The notes beneath the pieces were generated by a model. That model was not told the origin of the DNA. It did no database searches and worked only from the letters and a program-made list of their open reading frames with translations. The translations under genes were made by a program, and so were the position numbers. DNA of 64,000 nt from Rhynchobatus australiae (taxonomy: Eukaryota), in contig JAUZTB010000087.1 of assembly GCA_034780895.1 (NCBI GenBank), forward strand, positions 83,354,649 to 83,418,648, written 5' to 3'. Positions 39,340 through 52,056 of the stretch are shown piece by piece (the first letter of the stretch is position 1; every line of letters starts with the position of its first letter).

Positions 39340-39435
39340 TTGACCTGAAATGTTAACTTTATTTCTCTTCCCACAGAAGTGGTCTGACATGTTGAGTATT
39401 TTCAGCATTTTCTGTTTTCCTTTTATTTTCTTAGA
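39340..39435 (+). mobile_element. Penelope terminal-repeat fragment
   Basis: gacctgaaatgttaactttatttctcttcccacagaagtggtctgacatgttgagtattttcagcattttctg is reverse-complement-similar to 52566-52636. Confidence 0.6.
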
Positions 39436-40093
39436 TTTTATTGGAGAACTGTGAGAATCTCACAGTTCTCTAATGGAATCTAATTCNNNNNNNNNNNNNN
39501 NNNNNNNNNNNNNNNNNNNNNNNNNNNNNNNNNNNNNNNNNNNNNNNNNNNNNNNNNNNNNNNNNNNNNNNNNNNNNNNNNNNNNNNNNNNNNNNNNNNN
39601 NNNNNNNNNNNNNNNNNNNNNNNNNNNNNNNNNNNNNNNNNNNNNNNNNNNNNNNNNNNNNNNNNNNNNNNNNNNNNNNNNNNNNNNNNNNNNNNNNNNN
39701 NNNNNNNNNNNNNNNNNNNNNNNNNNNNNNNNNNNNNNNNNNNNNNNNNNNNNNNNNNNNNNNNNNNNNNNNNNNNNNNNNNNNNNNNNNNNNNNNNNNN
39801 NNNNNNNNNNNNNNNNNNNNNNNNNNNNNNNNNNNNNNNNNNNNNNNNNNNNNNNNNNNNNNNNNNNNNNNNNNNNNNNNNNNNNNNNNNNNNNNNNNNN
39901 NNNNNNNNNNNNNNNNNNNNNNNNNNNNNNNNNNNNNNNNNNNNNNNNNNNNNNNNNNNNNNNNNNNNNNNNNNNNNNNNNNNNNNNNNNNNNNNNNNNN
40001 NNNNNNNNNNNNNNNNNNNNNNNNNNNNNNNNNNNNNNNNNNNNNNNNNNNNNNNNNNNNNNNNNNNNNNNNNNNNNNNNNNNNNNNNNNNNC

Positions 40094-40292
40094 GAATACT
40101 TTGCACTAAAATGGACTTTGTTTTTTTGTTCTAATTGTGTTCTTCCTTGTAAAATAAAAATTGTTGTTTATTTATGTTTAATTTATGTTTTTCTTGTGAA
40201 TGCCGATTATATGATGCTATGTGCCTGTGATGCTGCTGCAAGTAAGATTTTTGTTGTACTTGTGTATATGACAATAAACTCAACTTTGACTT
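40094..40292 (+). mobile_element. Rex1/Babar-like LINE 3' tail at gap edge
   Basis: actttgcactaaaatggac...gatgctatgtgcctgtgatgctgctgcaagtaag...gtatatgacaataaactcaactttgacttt. Confidence 0.6.
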
Positions 40293-41379
40293 TGTTCGTA
40301 TCCTCCTTTTGTTCCACAGATCATCTCCAACTTCTCATTCTAACCTCTGCCCTTGTGTAAGCTAATGCCTCATATTTCTTTGTAACAATAACTTTTGGTC
40401 ATGATTTGTCTATTGCAATTTGTGTTTCTTTTGATCCGTTGATGCTAAGCACATTGTTCATTTGCTGCTAAATTGGAGCTCCTGTTCTGTGAGGAACAAG
40501 TACTACCTGGTTATATTGCTCTTCTTAAAACCTCCCTGCACCTTTTAGATGGAAAGTGCACTGTGGATGCAGCAGATGCCAGCAGAATTTCTGGGAAACA
40601 TTGTGATCCAGCAGCAAGGTTGTAAATCAAGACACCACAAAATTGTTATTTTTTTTTCCCCCTCTCAGTTGTAACAGCAGAGGTTAATCTCACACTGTGA
40701 TCCTAAACCCCGTCTTCAAGGGCAAACCAATTTAGTCCTGGTAGAAACGTGCACTCCAGAAGATCACCATTCAGCCTGTCATGTCTTCACTGCACCTTTG
40801 GAAAAAGCTGCCTTATTCATTTTAAACCTCACCCTTTACCCCATAACGCTGCAAATTATTTGCCTGAAAATTCTCATTGAAGTTGATTCCACCATTCTTT
40901 CAGATAGAGACTTTTCCTGATAGTGGATTAGGATGCATCCCATCAGGGGAGGGCAATTTATTAACACTGAGTAATTTCAAATCCCTAAGCAACATCTTTC
41001 TCTCTCTTTTTGCGCTATCTATTATCTTCATTCCCTGCTCCTATGCTGCAACATTAGTTTCATCATGCTTTAAGAGAACAGCAAACAATTATTCAGTTCC
41101 ACAGTCTCTGAAAACACATGATTTCCTTTTTGTCTCTGGTTGGTCTTGCATACTTATTTTTATATATTCAGGAAGATTTTTTGGTATCCCTTTTATGTTT
41201 CTCACCAATCTTTTATCATCCTTGTCCTTCATACATTCGTTTCTTTATATTGTCTTCAATTTGTGCCAGACATTTCCCGTACGCTTCATTGTTCTTTTTT
41301 ATATTAGTCTTTCTCTCTGTCATTCAGTTGATTTGCTACATCTTTTCCTATTGTCAGGGAAATATTGGAATCCATTCTT

Positions 41380-41690
41380 AAGGATGCAGTAATCGGGCAT
41401 TTAGAAAAGCATAACAGCTTTAGGTCGAAACAGTGTGGTTTTACTAATCTAATTAAATGTGTTGGAGATGTTACCAGCAGGTTAGTTATGGGGGAATCAG
41501 TTGATGTAGTATATCAATTTTAAAAAAAATTGATAAAGAACTACATAGGGATTTTTTACATTAGTTATGGACTCGCATTTTGAAAGTCACATATTAACTT
41601 CAAAAGAGGAAACTGAGCAGGGATAGTCATGTATTTTTTTAAGTTATTAGACTTTTACCATTGGAGTACAACAATGATACAACTATTTTA
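41380..41690 (+). mobile_element. CR1 RT fragment, decayed
   Basis: catttagaaaagcataac...cagtgtggtttta...ggggaatcagttgatgtagtata (HLE...VDVVY). Confidence 0.6.
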
Positions 41691-41761
41691 CTTGACATAT
41701 ATAGGCCCGAATAAAGCATAGTATGAAAGCAGGTTGTATTTCTTTGCTATGCTTACATTTA

Positions 41762-42013
41762 AGCACCAGCGACCCGGGTTCAATTCTGGCCCCTGTCTGT
41801 AAGGAGTTTGTACATCCTCTTCGTGTCTGCGTGGGTTTCCTCCAGGTTCTCCAGTTTCCTCGCACATTCCAAAGACATACGGGTTAGGAAGTTGTGGGCA
41901 TGCTATGTTGGCGCCAGAAGTGTGGCGACACTTGCGGGCTGCCCCCAGAGCAGTCAACGCAAAAGATGTATTTCACTGTGTTTCAATGTACATGTGACTA
42001 ATAAAGAAATCTT
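41762..42013 (+). mobile_element. V-SINE/HE1-like SINE
   Basis: gacccgggttcaattctggc...gtctgcgtgggtttcctccaggttctccagtttcctc...gtacatgtgactaataaag; homologous to 37454-37730. Confidence 0.85.
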
Positions 42014-44477
42014 AACTTCACCTTTATGAATAAAATTCTTTATACTGGGAATAGTGGATACATATTTAGCTAAATGGGATCAACTTGTTTTGATTGTTGT
42101 GCTTGAAGATACTGTGACAAGTTCTGATAATCAAGAAAGCTTACTGAGCTTTGAAGCAGGTTGGTTAGTGGCATTTCCTGTGAATTAGTGCCAGCATCCG
42201 AGAGAATGTGGTAAGATGTTGAGAATGTGTAAGAACAGCTTATCACCATGGAGATGGTCTTTTTTTTGCATTACATGTGGTTTAGTTAATTATTGTTCAG
42301 ATGTTCTGAATATAGATCTTATTGTAAAGACCTGTCAAAGGTTAGTGTAATGGAAGCTGAACTAATGCAACAGAATTGAATGAACCGAGAGGTGTACTTA
42401 TTTTGTGATTTGACTTATCCCCGGTTGGTAAGACAGAATGCACTTCTGATCATTGTTTTCATTTCTGTTGTATTAAATTTTTATTTTGGATTATTAAGGA
42501 TCTAGTTTTTCATGTGGACCATATTTTTCTTTGACATCAGGGGAGTTGTAAAATTCATAATTCAATTTTAAAGGGTTTGAAATTCTTGAAAATAGAAGTG
42601 GTGTCTAAGATATATCCTGAATCTCCAACTATTCTATGCCAAAGTAATCCAGCAATCTTTCCTTTCAAAAGATCATCAGACTTGGGAGGCACTAGTCTGG
42701 GCACAAATTAGCCATCCTGTTGTAGAATGACAGCATTTGTGATCCCACGGTTATTATGCATAGTCAGACTGGCCAGAAAACCTCCCCCCCCCCTCCTCCT
42801 CCTCCCCCATGTCACAGCTGCTCTCTGCACCACTGGTGGCAAAGTGGTGTGCCATGCCACAGACCTTCATGATTCTAGGGACATACTCTGCCAAAAACTG
42901 CAGGACTCCTCTGGAACAATCCAAGTAATGGAATCATTGTCTCAGTGGTCAGTCTGGTTTTTTTTAGGCAGCAGCCCTATTTTCACTGCATATGTGTGTG
43001 AGTTATTCAATGCAGTCTTGGGCCATATTGGTCCTGGATAACCCTTGTCACCCAATGATCACTCTTTGGTTTGCCATGGTGTCTCGTTTCAGCTGCCAAC
43101 ATTATGAGCCATTGACCCACACAATGTGCTGTGTACACACCAGTCGGACATTGAGGAGGAGCAAAGGTTGCAGCTCACCTTCAGGTTCAGATGTGGTACC
43201 ATAAAACAGCATGTATGCAGTCGATGGTATCCTACACTATAGGGAAGCTATCAGGCCAAATGCTTGTTCCATTGCATCATTCTGGCAAGAGAAAATGAAA
43301 CAGTGTCAATTTTCTTTGAGAAAATTTAAGTGTCATCTGTTATGCAACATAAGATAGAAAGTTGCAAAAAAATCTCCATCCCTCGCCTGGAAAGAAACAT
43401 GCATAGAGGCATGTGGACCACAGTCACCTTGACAGACACTTGTAATATGTCCTACCCAGAGGTTTGCAGTTGTGGCTGAAGCATTGAGTTTTTCAGCATT
43501 TTCTGTTTTTGTTTCAGATTTCTAGCATCTGTTTTGTTTTGATTCTCACTTATTAGAGCACACCTTTTTCCCTGCTGAGTTTCAAGTAGGAGAACTTCCC
43601 TCAGTAGCTGCATTGGCTTCCTGCTGCGAGATGTTCTCCCTCTCCACTGCCTTCCTCATTTAGCAAGCTGCCCTACTCTGGCTCTTCTCTGCTCTTTCTC
43701 CCAGTCATGCTCTTGTCCAAGACTGATGCCTATTAATGTACACGTGCCTTGGACCAATGAGCTTGTGCAGAAGCTTGAAGGTAAGAGAAGTCTTTTGGTA
43801 CTTGGCAAATGACTCTGCTCACCAGTAATTTTAAAAATATCTAGAAAGCACCAAAAACTTGTAAAAAATCATTGAAATGAATAGTGAAAATCAACACAGA
43901 ACCTTTAAGTAGCTGATAATCTATTTAAGTAGTATATGTTTCTTCCAGCTGCTAAGCACATGTTTAACTGTGCAAGGTTAGGAGGGAGCATTAGTTGGAG
44001 CTTTGACCTCCAAAATGACTTTACGTGATCTACTTACTCATCATTTTTTCACAAATACGATGTCCATCATGATTCATGTTGCCAATATGTATGGTATGTG
44101 GCGTATGGTGCTTTGGAACCATTTTTTTACTCAGAGCAGCTAGCTAATGGGCATTACAGAGCTGACCTGTGCTGTCATAATATTTTATATGGAGTTAAGA
44201 AGAAATTACGTCCATCTCTTTTAATCCTCCAGAGTTCAGAAAATGAATATAAAAGGAATGGTAATTATTAATTTTCTGTTCATGATCTTGTTAAATGTAT
44301 TTTAGTTCCTCCCTGTCTAAGTCTCCACCGTGATGTTAGCTATGGAGACTAAAATATCTCACTCAGTGGTGTTTAAATTCCTCTTGTGGATTAGTTCCTG
44401 TCTCCTGCTTGGCTTCTTATCTTAATGGATGAGGAGATCTAGGGATCAACCATTGGAAACTCTCACAGCCCAAGTAT

Positions 44478-44830
44478 TAGAACATCGAACACAGAACAGG
44501 CCCTTTGGCCCACAATGTTGTGCCAACATAGCTAATGCCCATATTCCTCCATTTTCCTTTCATTCATGCGCCCATCCAAGCCCCTCTTAAAAGCCCCCAA
44601 TTAATTTGCCTCCACCACCCTATCAGGCAACACATTCAAGGCATCCACCACTCTGAGTAAAAAAAAAACTCACCTATCAAGTCTTTTCTGAACCTACTCC
44701 TGCTCACCTTAAATGCATGCCCTCTGGTATTGGATCACTCAACAATGGGAAAAAGACATTGCTTTTCCACCCTATCTATGCCCCTCATAATTTTATACAC
44801 TTCCAACAGATCACCTCTTCAGCCTCTGCT
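44478..44830 (-). mobile_element. CR1 LINE 3' end
   Basis: agaacaggccctttggcccacaatgttgtgcc...ccaccctatctatgcccctcataattttatacacttc. Confidence 0.85.
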
Positions 44831-45704
44831 GCTTCAGAGATTAATTTTCATCCAAATGTTTCCAAGCTACCTGGATCTCTCCTGGAGAGCTATGGTCACT
44901 CCAGGATTAACGTGAGTTCATAACATCTGAAATTAATCTATATGACACTATGATGAAGAGCCTTGAAGAAAAATCACGGTGTGTTTAAAAAAATCTTTTC
45001 TCATTAAAAAACACTTTTTCCACTTACTATTTACAAAGTTGTTGGAAATAATTAAAATATCCCCACAACCATCTGCTNNNNNNNNNNTGGATAAAATGGA
45101 ATTTATTTTCAATAGCGTGGGAAGTGAAGTCATCCTAGAACAAGGATGTTAGTGACCAGTGGCAGGATTGTGGGGAGTTGAAAGCAGGAGGTTATGGGTG
45201 TGATGCAGTAAGCTTTGGTTCATCCAGCAAGAAATGGAAAATACTACTTGAAAGTCCCATTGATATGGCTTCTCCATATACCAGCATTTGACTTGTACAT
45301 GACCAAGACACTGTATTTCAATGAATTGTTATGCAATTAAGCACCACCTATTAAGTTATTTTAAAAGAAGTTTCTTTTTTGAATAATCTGAATATTAGGT
45401 GGGACACATAGCATTTGCTCTGTACCACTATTGTCATTTTGCACTGCTACTCATGGTGTATTTTCACGTAGCTTAACATTAGGCATATTTGTTTAGGTAG
45501 CAGCAATGCACACTGAATTTCTTGCCCAATATATGCCCCATCTGATATCAGTTTTATTGACGTTAATGGAATTGACTAATGGGTGGGGCACACAACAGGC
45601 ACGCTGCACCAAAGTGGTTACTGTGCACTGGTACTCGAGGAGTATTTGCACCCCCTGCAGTATGTTCAATATCAGGTGAGCTATTTCAAAATGTATGGCA
45701 AGGA

Positions 45705-45747
45705 TTATTGAAAAACACGATGATGCTGGAGGAACTCAGCCGGCCCG
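45705..45747 (-). mobile_element. Penelope terminus at gap edge
   Basis: aaaaacacgatgatgctggaggaactcagccggcc resembles 52565-52595. Confidence 0.55.
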
Positions 45748-46050
45748 NNNNNNNNNNNNNNNNNNNNNNNNNNNNNNNNNNNNNNNNNNNNNNNNNNNNN
45801 NNNNNNNNNNNNNNNNNNNNNNNNNNNNNNNNNNNNNNNNNNNNNNNNNNNNNNNNNNNNNNNNNNNNNNNNNNNNNNNNNNNNNNNNNNNNNNNNNNNN
45901 NNNNNNNNNNNNNNNNNNNNNNNNNNNNNNNNNNNNNNNNNNNNNNNNNNNNNNNNNNNNNNNNNNNNNNNNNNNNNNNNNNNNNNNNNNNNNNNNNNNN
46001 NNNNNNNNNNNNNNNNNNNNNNNNNNNNNNNNNNNNNNNNNNNNNNNNNN

Positions 46051-46263
46051 TAATTTTGGCCGCTGTCTGGAAGGAGTTTGTACATTCTCCCCTTGTCTGC
46101 GTGGGTTTCCTCCGGGTGCTCCGGTTTCCTCCCAGTTTCCAAATATGTACGGGTTAGGAGGTTGTGGGCATGCTATGTTGGCGGGCTGCCCCCAGAACAC
46201 GCTACACAAAGATGCATTTCACTGTGTGTTTTGATGTACGTGTGACTAATAAAGATATCTTAT
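46051..46263 (+). mobile_element. V-SINE/HE1-like SINE (5' end in gap)
   Basis: ggagtttgtacattctcccc...gggtttcctccgggtgctccggtttcc...gtacgtgtgactaataaagatatctta. Confidence 0.85.
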
Positions 46264-48659
46264 AATCAATGTTAAAATCAATTAAAATTTCAAACATTGC
46301 AAATATGCATCAATCTAATGTATTGCTGATTAAATATAAATGGAAATCACTGTGTTGGCTGTAACTAATATATCTTCATTCCCTTGATCTATTCTACGTG
46401 GCAAAGGAATGCTTCAATACTTGTGTTGCTGGAACTTCTACTTTACTTTGGTAGATTATTGTTTTAGTTATAGCTACAAACTAAAAGTCAAAAGTCTGGA
46501 AATATGTGTTTCTGAAACTTGATGGGCAGATTCAACCAATTGTTGAACAAAGTCCCTCCTAACTATGCAAACTTAAGTTCATCTTACAGTAATTAGGAAT
46601 ACCACAGGAAATGGCATGGGAACATCCATCAACAAGGCACTTGTAAACACAGCAGGTACGGAGACTTGAACTCATGTATGAACAGGTAAGTGTCACTTTG
46701 ATAAAATGTCGTCATTGGAATTATACTAGTTTAAGTAGTGAACCCTTCTTCTTTCAGTATCAGTTAGAAAACTATTGGTAACTTTGTCCCAAAAACTGTT
46801 AGACTGTTGCAGTGATTATTTTTCCAAGAGTGCAAAATTAATGTCAGCTATTACAGATTTTCTAAGGAAAGATTACCTTTCCACTAAGAGCATCTCCATT
46901 TTCAGGTGATTCCTCCAGACAGTTGTTATTCTAATAAATGCAGCAGATATATAATTTAAATAAGTGAACTGTCGGAAGGTGTTTCAGCTGTCCTTTATCT
47001 TCTGTTGAGCTTTTCATTAACAGTCTGTTNNNNNNNNNNNNNNNNNNNNNNNNNNNNNNNNNNNNNNNNNNNNNNNNNNNNNNNNNNNNNNNNNNNNNNN
47101 NNNNNNNNNNNNNNNNNNNNNNNNNNNNNCTGTTGAGCTTTTCATTAACAGTCTGTTGCCGGCTAAAATTGCTGCCTATTCATTGGTTTTAACCACCTAT
47201 TTAAATTCAAGCTATATTTTAAACCCTTTAAATGACTTCATTATGTCCCCCTATTATATTTGCTGCCTGGCAGCTGTAATAATTAATGACACCCCTGTCC
47301 TTTTACAACACCTTTTATGACTCTCATGTCAGTCTTCCCACTAGAAATCATTGCAGCTGTGACAGAACTATTCTCCAAGGCATTTCTGATATGTCCCAAA
47401 ATATGCAACAAGCAATTAAGAAGCCTGATTAAATTTATTGAAATTAAATGCATCACCTATAACATCTCTTAAACTTATCTTTATTTAATAAAGTAAATAT
47501 GTACAACAAATATTCAAATACTGATTTAATATGGTACACAAGTACAATTTAATCTGTGTAAATCCTTGAAATAATCTATTGATATACTGCTTAAGCCCCT
47601 TTGTGATTTTGAAATAGAAATTTAGGACAGTGGTGAAAACTGGGTAAATGTGTGTTAACCCACTCCCTCTTGAGATAGATAACCATATGAAGACTGCTAT
47701 ATAAATGCAGGTTCTTGTTTTTGAATAGTCTGCCAAAAATCTTGCAAGGAATGGCCACAAAGTGCAAGAGGGAGGAATGTGGGCGTGAGTAGGTTTCCAG
47801 TGATGCAATACACAAGGAACACTTTGTGAAATAAGAGAGGGTTGTAATGAAGGAAGGACATAAAAAGCATAGGGAAACTATACCTTAGCCAGTTATTGTG
47901 TTAATACATAACAAATATATAGTATATTATCAGCTTGATTAAGGGAAAGAAAATCCCTGACTGTAGATAGCCATAAATATTGTTAATGATATTACTAGTG
48001 ATAGTACTAATCTATAATGAAAATGCTAGAAGTACAAAACTGTGCAATCAATATATAGGCAAATCATTGTGTTAATGATCCATCTTGAGCAGTGCTCCAG
48101 GAATTTGTGTTTATCATTTGGTTCTTTTCACTTCCCTCTCCATTAAAGTATTCTTGATATATGTACAGTGGACCCAGATGTTTGCAACTCAGATTTACTG
48201 AGNNNNNNNNNNNNNNNNNNNNNNNNNNNNNNNNNNNNNNNNNNNNNNNNNNNNNNNNNNNNNNNNNNNNNNNNNNNNNNNNNNNNNNNNNNNNNNNNNN
48301 NNNNNNNNNNNNNNNNNNNNNNNNNNNNNNNNNNNNNNNNNNNNNNNNNNNNNNNNNNNNNNNNNNNNNNNNNNNNNNNNNNNNNNNNNNNNNNNNNNNN
48401 NNNNNNNNNNNNNNNNNNNNNNNNNNNNGCACTTTGATCCAACTTATCAATTTCTGTGTGCCTGTCATCAAAAGTCTAGCAAATAGATAACATAAACTTG
48501 GAAAAGGCCTAAAAAAATGTATTTGACTGTCTTATAAAGACTAGTAAGGCTGAGACTATTAAAATCAAAAACACCACCAATCTTAGTGTCAACTACAAGC
48601 TTACTAATCATATCCCTGTATTCATAAACAAATAATTAATACATATCACAAATAATAAT

Positions 48660-48800
48660 GGTGCTAGCACCAATCACTGTGGTACCCCACTGGTCACAGG
48701 TTTCCAATCACAAGAGCAGCCTCCACAATCACCCTCTGTCTCCTGTTACCAATTTGACAACTTGCCTTGGATCCCATTAGCTCTTAACTTTTGGACCAGA
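48660..48800 (-). mobile_element. CR1 RT fragment
   Basis: ctagcaccaatcactgtggtaccccactggtcac is the reverse of VTSGVPQ-LVL. Confidence 0.65.
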
Positions 48801-49289
48801 GATTTTTTTAATAAAATTCAATCAATCAGATTTGTAATTAACAATTGAACTAATGCTGTTTCAATTCCTATTTTGCAGGAGAGTTTCAAACTGCCTAATC
48901 CTTCACGTGTAGGCATTTTCTAACTTTACTCTTGAAAGCCTTGGCTCTGTTTCCTAGGCTTTTGCCTAGTTCAGTACCTGCTCATTATCCATCCCTCTGT
49001 AAGCTTCCTGGCCAGATCAATTATGTGCCATCCATGAGCTCAATTGAGTGCCTCACAATCGAAATCCTTTTGGAAGACATTCCTTTGATGGTTAGGAATC
49101 TTTGAAATTCTTTACTTCAGTGAACTGAGGATGCTTAATTATTTTATATTCNNNNNNNNNNGATTGTTAGAGTTTTGGGTTCTAAAAGAATTGAAAGGTG
49201 TGGGGATAGGATATTGAGAAATGGTGGAAGAGGCACAAAAGATTTTATAATCTAATCCTGCTCTTATTTCTGTTAAGATCCAACAACAG

Positions 49290-49620
49290 CCAAAACACTG
49301 CTTGGTCACTGCTCCATCCCTGAGCTCAGGTACTTACCCACTCCATTACTGGAACAGTGTAGTTTCAGTGTGTAGTATTTATAGGATTCATCACACAGCA
49401 AATTACTTTGATAATATCTCCTTTCCCTGCAATGTCTACCACCAAGACGTACACATTGAACAATACCATGGGTACAATATCTTCTTCATGTTTGGCCCCA
49501 CTGTTCTTTGTTGTGTGCCAACATTCTGTAATTCCTTCCCTAGCTTATAAAGCATACTACAACCTCCTCAGGACTGTCAGCAATGGGCGATAGATGTAAA
49601 TTTGCTCCTCGCTCCATCTG
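49290..49620 (+). mobile_element. Family A LINE 3' end, decayed
   Basis: cagtgtagtttcagtgtgtagtatttataggattcatcacacagcaa...accatgggtacaatatc...gcaatgggcgatagatg. Confidence 0.5.
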
Positions 49621-50042
49621 CACTATTAGAATGCCATGACATAGGTTGCAGGTTATAATTGAACATGGACCTGATCACATCGTTAGNNNNNNNNNNNNNN
49701 NNNNNNNNNNNNNNNNNNNNNNNNNNNNNNNNNNNNNNNNNNNNNNNNNNNNNNNNNNNNNNNNNNNNNNNNNNNNNNNNNNNNNNNNNNNNNNNNNNNN
49801 NNNNNNNNNNNNNNNNNNNNNNNNNNNNNNNNNNNNNNNNNNNNNNNNNNNNNNNNNNNNNNNNNNNNNNNNNNNNNNNNNNNNNNNNNNNNNNNNNNNN
49901 NNNNNNNNNNNNNNNNNNNNNNNNNNNNNNNNNNNNNNNNNNNNNNNNNNNNNNNNNNNNNNNNNNNNNNNNNNNNNNNNNNNNNNNNNNNNNNNNNNNN
50001 NNNNNNNNNNNNNNNNNNNNNNNNNNNNNNNNNNNNNNNNNT

Positions 50043-50745
50043 ATACCATGAAAGGTTCAAGGGAGTATGGAGAAATAGTGGGACCTTGGCGTGCAAGTCC
50101 AAAGATCCTTGAAGATGACAGTACAGGAAGACAATGCGGTTAAGAAGTCGTATGGGATGGCCTTGTATTCACTGACCTGACTAATAAAGAGCAGGGAGGT
50201 TATGCTCTGACCTTAAAAAACATCTGCCTGACCTCGGCTGGAATACTCTATTCAGTTCTGGTCACCACACTGTAGGAAAGATAGCACTAGAGAGCGTGCA
50301 GATGAGATTCATCAGAGTGCTGCCTGGGATGGGGAGTTTCTGTTATGAGCAGAGTCTGGGTCTGTTTTCCCTGGAGCGGAGGAGGTTAAAAGGAGATATG
50401 ACAGAGCTATACAAAATTATGAACGGTATAGATTGGGTAGACTGCAGGAAACTTTCTCCTTATCAGAGGTGAATAAAACTAGAGGACATAAATTTAGAGG
50501 AAGGAGATTTAGAGGGGATCTGCAGGGGGCCTTTTTCATCCAGAGAGTGGCGAGTACCTGAAAGGCACTTCTGGAGAAAGTAACGGAAGCAGAGATGTTG
50601 ACGCTACTTGAGAAGTATCTAGACAATCGTCTCGGCATAGAAGGCAACAGGCTAAGTGCTGGAAGATGGGATGTAGAAGATGGGCGCCCCCTGGTTGGTC
50701 TAGATGTAGTGGGCCAAGTGGCCCATTTCCCTGCTGTATGACCAT
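50043..50745 (+). mobile_element. CR1 LINE 3' portion
   Basis: ctggaatactctattcagttctggtcaccacactgtaggaaag (LEY-IQFWSP) and tail gtagtgggccaagtggcccatttccctgctgtatgac. Confidence 0.85.
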
Positions 50746-50809
50746 ATGATACTTTGGATTTTGTGGGGAAGAACAAAGTATAGCTATAATACAGCTGTAA
50801 AAGAAGATC

Positions 50810-51050
50810 TTTACAATGCAACAGTCAATTCGTACACAGTGAGTTTCAAGAGCTAATGAACGAATAACATCATAATCTATTTTGTCATGTTGGTTAACAC
50901 AGCATTGTTGACAAAGATTACAAGTAGGACTCTCTCATCAACTTTGAGTAGTGCCATGGGATCATTTGAATGAGCAAATATATCTGCCCAAGCTGTAGTT
51001 GCTTTAAGAGTGAAGACATTTATCAACTGTCCCCTTTGATCAGCACACTT
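50810..51050 (-). mobile_element. Deu-domain SINE remnant
   Basis: tagtgccatgggatcattt and ataatctattttgtcatgttggtta motifs. Confidence 0.5.
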
Positions 51051-51209
51051 TCCCTTTCCCAGATTTTGCTGGATTAACAGTTTCATTTTTAATTAGTGTA
51101 ATGAAGATAAGTTAATTCACAATTTATTTTGACTTCTGCATTGCTATTTTTCACAAAGTAAAGCTTATATCTTAATTCTATCTAACTTGTCTTTTAGAAT
51201 ACATGTTTT

Positions 51210-51848
51210 ATAGTTTCATAGAGCTATACAGCATGGAAACAGGCCCATCAGCCCAACTTGTCCATGCTGACTAAGTTGTCTATCCAAGCTAGTCCCATTT
51301 GCCTGCATTCGACCCAAATCCTTCTAAACCTCTTCTATCCATGTACTTGTCTAACTGTCTTCTAAGCGTTGTAAATATACCCGTCTGTACAGCTACCTCT
51401 GGCAGCTCATTCCATATACCCACCACCCTCTGTGTGAAGAAGTTTCCCCTCTGGTCCCCTTTAAGTCTTTCCCCTCTCACCTTAAATCTTGGCCCTATAG
51501 TTTTAGACTCCCCTACCCTTCACCTTATCCATGGCCCTCATGATTTTATATATACCTTGACAAGGTCACCTCTCAGCCTCCCATGATCCAGGGAAAATAG
51601 TCCCAGCCTATCCAGTCTCTCCTTATAGCTCAAGCTCTCTAGTCCCAGTAACATGAATCGTTTTTGCACCATTTCCAACTTAATGACATCCTTCCTACAG
51701 CTGGGTGACCAGAACTGCACCAAGTACTCCAAGTGTGGTCTCACCAACAACTTGTACAGTGCTAGCATGATCTGCCAACTCCTGCATTCAATGCCCTGAA
51801 CAATGAAAGGAAGCGTGTCAGATGCCTTCTTCACCACCCTGTTTCCCA
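51210..51848 (-). mobile_element. CR1 (HER1-like) LINE 3' portion, relatively young
   Basis: Minus-strand ORFs LYKLLVRPHLEYLVQFWSPSCRKDVIKLE...SYKERLDRLGLFSL and RGNFFTQRVVGIWNELP; tail ...ctgtatagctctatga. Confidence 0.92.
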
Positions 51849-51849
51849 A

Positions 51850-52056
51850 TGTCAGCACTTTCAGGGAACTTATGGTGGGGGTGGACCTCCAGGACAGATC
51901 CAGGGTCAGTGAAGGAACAGCAATATATTTCCAAGTCGAGATATTTTCATGTCCAGTGGTAGAGGTCACAGGTTTGGGAGATGGTGTCAAGGTAGCTGAG
52001 ATAAGTAACTGCAGTGACTTTGTAGGTGGGACCCACTGCAGCCGCTGTGAGCTGGT
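51850..52056 (-). mobile_element. Family A LINE 3' fragment
   Basis: gtgaaggaacagcaatatatttccaagtc...cccactgcagccgctgtg; matches 70-260. Confidence 0.6.
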
